Shown piece by piece: positions 58,061 through 64,000 of a DNA stretch of 64,000 nt. Position 1 is the first letter of the stretch. The number at the start of each line of letters is the position of its first letter. The DNA lies in contig OZ219926.1 of assembly GCA_964291405.2 (NCBI GenBank), positions 2,592,001 to 2,656,000 of the forward strand, written 5' to 3'. This DNA comes from Thermodesulfobacteriota bacterium (GTDB lineage Bacteria > Desulfobacterota > Binatia > Bin18). The position numbers and the translations under genes are program-made. Below the pieces are notes generated by a model. The model ran no database searches. It saw nothing but the letters and a program-made list of their open reading frames with translations, and was not told the origin of the DNA.

Positions 58061-58107
58061 CGGGTGTTCGGGAACAGGACAGCCGGCTTCACCCTGTTCC
58101 AGCCGGT

Positions 58108-58662
58108 CTACGACCACAGCCCAATCACTTCGAGGAGTTTCCGCAAGTTTTGATCGTGTACGGCTGCCCGCCGAACATCGTCCAGCGTGAAGCGTTGGCG
58201 TAACTGCTCGGCCGTCGGCGGCTTTTGATACGCAGGCCACAGTTTACGCAACTCACTTTCCGAGTCGGATGCCGCGATTCTTCTTTGTTCCTGTCCCGTA
58301 TGCAGTCGGACTAAGAGTCCTTCCAGATTCGGGTCTTGAAAAACGATTTCGAGCTTATAGCGAGCTGCGACGGACCGAGCCTGAATCCCTTCTCGCGGTT
58401 CGGCTTCAATCCGATCGCGGTCCAGCAACACCAATCTCTCCTGGTACTCTCGCCTGGATCGATTCCTTTTTAACCAGCGTCCTGCTTGTTCAATAACGGC
58501 CACGGAGCCGCCGCCGTCTTGCGGCTTGACGTCAAGGTGTACGTGCAAGCCTGCTTCATCGCAAAGGTGCTGAAGAAAACGCGCAAAGGGACGTTCGCTC
58601 TGCCCTTCGCCAGCTATGAAGAAACTACGGCGTGGCCGGACCGGCCGTCGGCGACCGCGCAT
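58108..58662 (-). CDS. RloB/AbiLii-like TOPRIM-fold protein
   Basis: GEG.SE, LDRD, P..E..L..LH pattern; directly downstream of the RloA-like ATPase. Confidence 0.72.
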   Translation of the reverse strand: MRGRRRPVRPRRSFFIAGEGQSERPFARFLQHLCDEAGLHVHLDVKPQDGGGSVAVIEQAGRWLKRNRSRREYQERLVLLDRDRIEAEPREGIQARSVAARYKLEIVFQDPNLEGLLVRLHTGQEQRRIAASDSESELRKLWPAYQKPPTAEQLRQRFTLDDVRRAAVHDQNLRKLLEVIGLWS

Positions 58663-58668
58663 CGTGTC

Positions 58669-59886
58669 CTAACCGATTTTCGGGAGACCACCCAGCACGC
58701 CGGCGCGGTACTTCGGGTAGAGCCGCGTGTCACGTCGTAGCCCGCTCACGTCCTGGGCGGCGTGTACGTGGGTTGCACTGTCCGGACCTTTTTCAACAAT
58801 AAAGAGTTCTTCCTTCTCCAGATCATCGAGAACACCGACGTTATGGGTAGAGATAAAGAGTTGAGCGTCGTGCGGATTGGTCTCGCGGTCGTGAAACCAG
58901 TGAATAATCTCGTTCACAATCTCCACGTGCAGGTCACCGTCCACCTCGTCGAGGATGACTTGGCCACCCGTGTCAAGAGCAAACCGGATTTGAGGCAGGA
59001 GATGGAACAGACGTCTTGTACCGCCGGACTCGAACGGCAGCATGACGGCTCCATCGAGGTCTCGATGGTGGAAGTACACCTGTTTCTTGCCCGTTCTGTC
59101 ACTGGTAAAGCTTACGTCTTGAATGGCGAGATCGCTACGCTGCATCTGCTGTTTCATCCAGTTTTTTATCTCGTCACGGCCTTCATACAAACTTACAACT
59201 GTCTCTGTTGGAGGCTGCCAATTGCCGAGATACAGGATGTTCGTTGATAAGGATACCTGGCTCAGGCTTTTAGTTATCCGCATAGCGAGAGGAACGTTGA
59301 GCACCGCAAGCGTTGCTATTACCGAGGCATCGGCCCGAACTGCACCCAGCCGCGGATCTTTGGATGTGAGCCCGAACTCACGGGCAACGTAGATCGCCTC
59401 GTCCGGTTCTCCACGTTCAAAGAGTCGTCGAGGTCGGCCTTTCGGAAAGTGGAACAAGGCTTCACGAAGGATGAAATTGGAAGTCGTAGACGGCTCACGT
59501 CCCACGGAAAGTTCATAGCGGAATAACTCCCGCGCATCGCCTGGGGTCAGCCAGTCGGCGTCAAACTCTACGCGAAACCTTGTTGGCTCGTTTTGGGCCC
59601 TTTGCAATAAAAAGGGGACAATTGTGTTGATTGGAGTCTCTGTCTTAGACAAGTTGGACTCCAAGGCAATATGGATCACATCTACTAAAGCGCGGAGCAG
59701 GGTCGTCTTACCTGAGCCGTTCGGACCCATGATGACGGCTACAGTCGGAAGCCGGACATCCGGCTTCGCCTTGCTCCTTCGAAAACGCGGCAAGTCGGGC
59801 GCTGTGCCGGGTATGCGTAAATCGAGAACGGCCTCCTCGTAGATGGAAAAATAATTCGATACAGTAAATTCATGAATCATAGCCAA
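58669..59886 (-). CDS. RloA/AbiLi-like AAA_21 (ABC-type) ATPase
   Basis: V.NY.SI, GPNGSGKT, ESGGT, ILDEVD..LH, AQL..STH, Y..G.LGG.P C-terminus. Confidence 0.88.
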   Translation of the reverse strand: MAMIHEFTVSNYFSIYEEAVLDLRIPGTAPDLPRFRRSKAKPDVRLPTVAVIMGPNGSGKTTLLRALVDVIHIALESNLSKTETPINTIVPFLLQRAQNEPTRFRVEFDADWLTPGDARELFRYELSVGREPSTTSNFILREALFHFPKGRPRRLFERGEPDEAIYVAREFGLTSKDPRLGAVRADASVIATLAVLNVPLAMRITKSLSQVSLSTNILYLGNWQPPTETVVSLYEGRDEIKNWMKQQMQRSDLAIQDVSFTSDRTGKKQVYFHHRDLDGAVMLPFESGGTRRLFHLLPQIRFALDTGGQVILDEVDGDLHVEIVNEIIHWFHDRETNPHDAQLFISTHNVGVLDDLEKEELFIVEKGPDSATHVHAAQDVSGLRRDTRLYPKYRAGVLGGLPKIG

Positions 59887-60119
59887 ATCTTAACATTTTT
59901 TCGTCAGGATTGGAATATTATAGATTGAAAAGATGGCCCTAAGAAGCGAGTTGAGTACTCACATTCCATTCCGAAACTGCAATGCAGCTTCGCACGTTCC
60001 GTGTAATTCGGATTCTCAACCTGTAGCCGCTTGTAGTGTGCGTCCACGGCCCATGTAGATCATGGCGTCGCTGGAGGCTCCAGGCGGCGGGCACAGGATC
60101 GTCAGCCGTCTTCAGGGCT

Positions 60120-60545
60120 CTACTCTGTGGTCTTATTCTTTTTGAGGGTCACGATGTTGCGTTCCCCTTCCCGCCGATACTCGACGCTATCCATCACCTG
60201 ATGCACGAGGAAAAGGCCGAGCCCGCCCAGGGGCCGCTCTTCGAGGGAGGCTCCGATATCGGGTGTCGGTGCGTTCGACAGGTCGAACGCCGCGCTGTCG
60301 TCCACGATGACGATGATCAGCGCTTCCGCTTCCGGACGGACGCTAATCTCGATCTGATGCGGCTCGTCATCGGCATACCCGTAGCTGATGGTATTGGTCA
60401 GGATCTCATCTAGCGCCAGGTTGACCGCATAGGCGACTTCTGACGCAATGGCCCGAGAGGCGCAGAACTCGTCGATCTGCTCTGCGACGCGGGCGATCTC
60501 CTTCAAATCATTTACGAGTGAGATTTCCAGCGTTTCTTCGTTCAC
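60120..60545 (-). CDS. RsbW-like anti-sigma factor / Ser kinase (HATPase_c_2)
   Basis: LA.DE..TN.I.Y, D...AFD, GGLGLFLV...MD. Confidence 0.9.
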   Translation of the reverse strand: MNEETLEISLVNDLKEIARVAEQIDEFCASRAIASEVAYAVNLALDEILTNTISYGYADDEPHQIEISVRPEAEALIIVIVDDSAAFDLSNAPTPDIGASLEERPLGGLGLFLVHQVMDSVEYRREGERNIVTLKKNKTTE

Positions 60546-60592
60546 GACCTCTCCTTATGTCTCTGAACCGCGTCCGTCCTCCCTCACTGACG

Positions 60593-61495
60593 CTACGACG
60601 AAGACTGTCCGGCAGGTGAGGTATCCGTCTCCATCGGCAGACTCGTATCCGCGGCCCATTCCATCAGTGAACCATCGTAGACGGCAACGTCCTCCAATCC
60701 CAGTAGGGTGAGGGCGAAGGCGTCGCTGCTGGCCGCAATCCCGGCCCCACAATAGGTAATGACCCGCTGAGCGTCGGTTGCGCCAACGGCCTCGAATTTT
60801 TTACGGAGTTGCTCAGCAGGCAGATAGGCGTGCGTATCTGGATCGACCAGATCATAGAATGAGACGTTCACACTTGACGCAATGCGTCCAGGCCGAGGGT
60901 ATTGAATCATCCCTCCTGTGCCTGCATGATCCTCGGCGGTCAGGGCGTTCAGCAGGCAGCTTGACGATGTCTGTATCGCCTCCAGAACTTCCTGTTTACC
61001 CGCCATCAGCGTAGGCCGTGGGGTGGACACGAACTGGCCCTGTACGGGGGTAGCGGGCCGGTTCGAGACGGGCCGCCCTTCCTGCGTCCACTTGTGCCAG
61101 CCGCCGTTGAGGACCGCCGCGTTGTCAAAGCCGCTCGCGCGGAGCATCCACCACACTCGGGCCGCCCAGATATTATAGAAATCGTCATAGAGAATAACTC
61201 GGGTGTGGGCACTCACCCCGACGCGCGCCATGGCGGCGGCAAATTGGTCGGTGGGCGGCATCATTAATGGCAGGTCGCTGTGCTGGTCGGACAGGTCGGT
61301 GGTGAAATCGACAAAGCCACTCCCAGGGATGTGGCCCTCCTCCCAGGAGGCGGGCCGCCCGCTCTCCATACGGAAGCCGCCGGAATCCTCAGGGATCAGG
61401 TTGACACGGCAGTCGAGCAGGCACAGGTCCGTATCGTTCAGATGCTCTGCCAGCCAGTCCGTTTCAGCGAGCGCGTTGGAGTTGATATCGGTCAT
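60593..61495 (-). CDS. Tandem-rhodanese sulfurtransferase (SseA-like)
   Basis: GHIPG, AAR.WW, LNGG, YCGAG active-site Cys, YDGS..EW; AAGGAGG RBS. Confidence 0.92.
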   Translation of the reverse strand: MTDINSNALAETDWLAEHLNDTDLCLLDCRVNLIPEDSGGFRMESGRPASWEEGHIPGSGFVDFTTDLSDQHSDLPLMMPPTDQFAAAMARVGVSAHTRVILYDDFYNIWAARVWWMLRASGFDNAAVLNGGWHKWTQEGRPVSNRPATPVQGQFVSTPRPTLMAGKQEVLEAIQTSSSCLLNALTAEDHAGTGGMIQYPRPGRIASSVNVSFYDLVDPDTHAYLPAEQLRKKFEAVGATDAQRVITYCGAGIAASSDAFALTLLGLEDVAVYDGSLMEWAADTSLPMETDTSPAGQSSS

Positions 61496-61608
61496 GGTGT
61501 CCTCCTTGGTGTTTGCAGGCTGGAGCGTATGGTATACACTCAGCACCGGTCGGACTAGAGCGAAACCGCCTCGCATTTCATCTCTCTTCTGAGCCAACGA
61601 GTCCGTAG

Positions 61609-64000
<2,392 letters not shown>

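Noticed and set aside
58071-58100. GGAACAGG..CCTGTTCC hairpin between convergent genes as a terminator
   Set aside because: 8-bp stem with a long loop and no U-tract on either strand; too weak to call

Overview
64 kb of gene-dense, moderately GC-rich bacterial chromosome. Gene content (DUF6178, ISC operon, several luciferase-like monooxygenases, DUF35/thiolase pair, a secreted eukaryote-like LRR protein) suggests a deltaproteobacterium-like organism such as Binatia, possibly a sponge symbiont; this is inference, not a database result. Core loci: pepA, udgB, korAB, sppA, iscSUA-hscBA-iscX (no iscR or fdx), an atypical uvrA, folD-gcvT-gcvH-gcvPA-gcvPB and ald. Catabolic loci: CoA-transferase A/B, a thiol dioxygenase, kynA/kynU-like genes, an MlrC-family operon, and amnC-amnB (2-aminophenol meta-cleavage; amnB runs off the right edge and is missing from the ORF track). 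Small defence or addiction modules are scattered between them: an ABC-type ATPase(DUF3696)+PIN pair, RloA/RloB, a DUF4268 nuclease, RelE-HTH and Phd-VapC. There are several palindromic repeat families and two gene remnants. No rRNA, tRNA, CRISPR array, transposase or integrase was recognised. Best candidates for something new: the ATPase+PIN module with a degenerate Walker B, the VLR-like LRR protein with a tandem unknown C-terminal domain, a UvrA that lacks its insertion domain, a TDO with an expanded JK loop, and a dispersed ~53-bp inverted-repeat element. All family assignments were made by eye from motifs.
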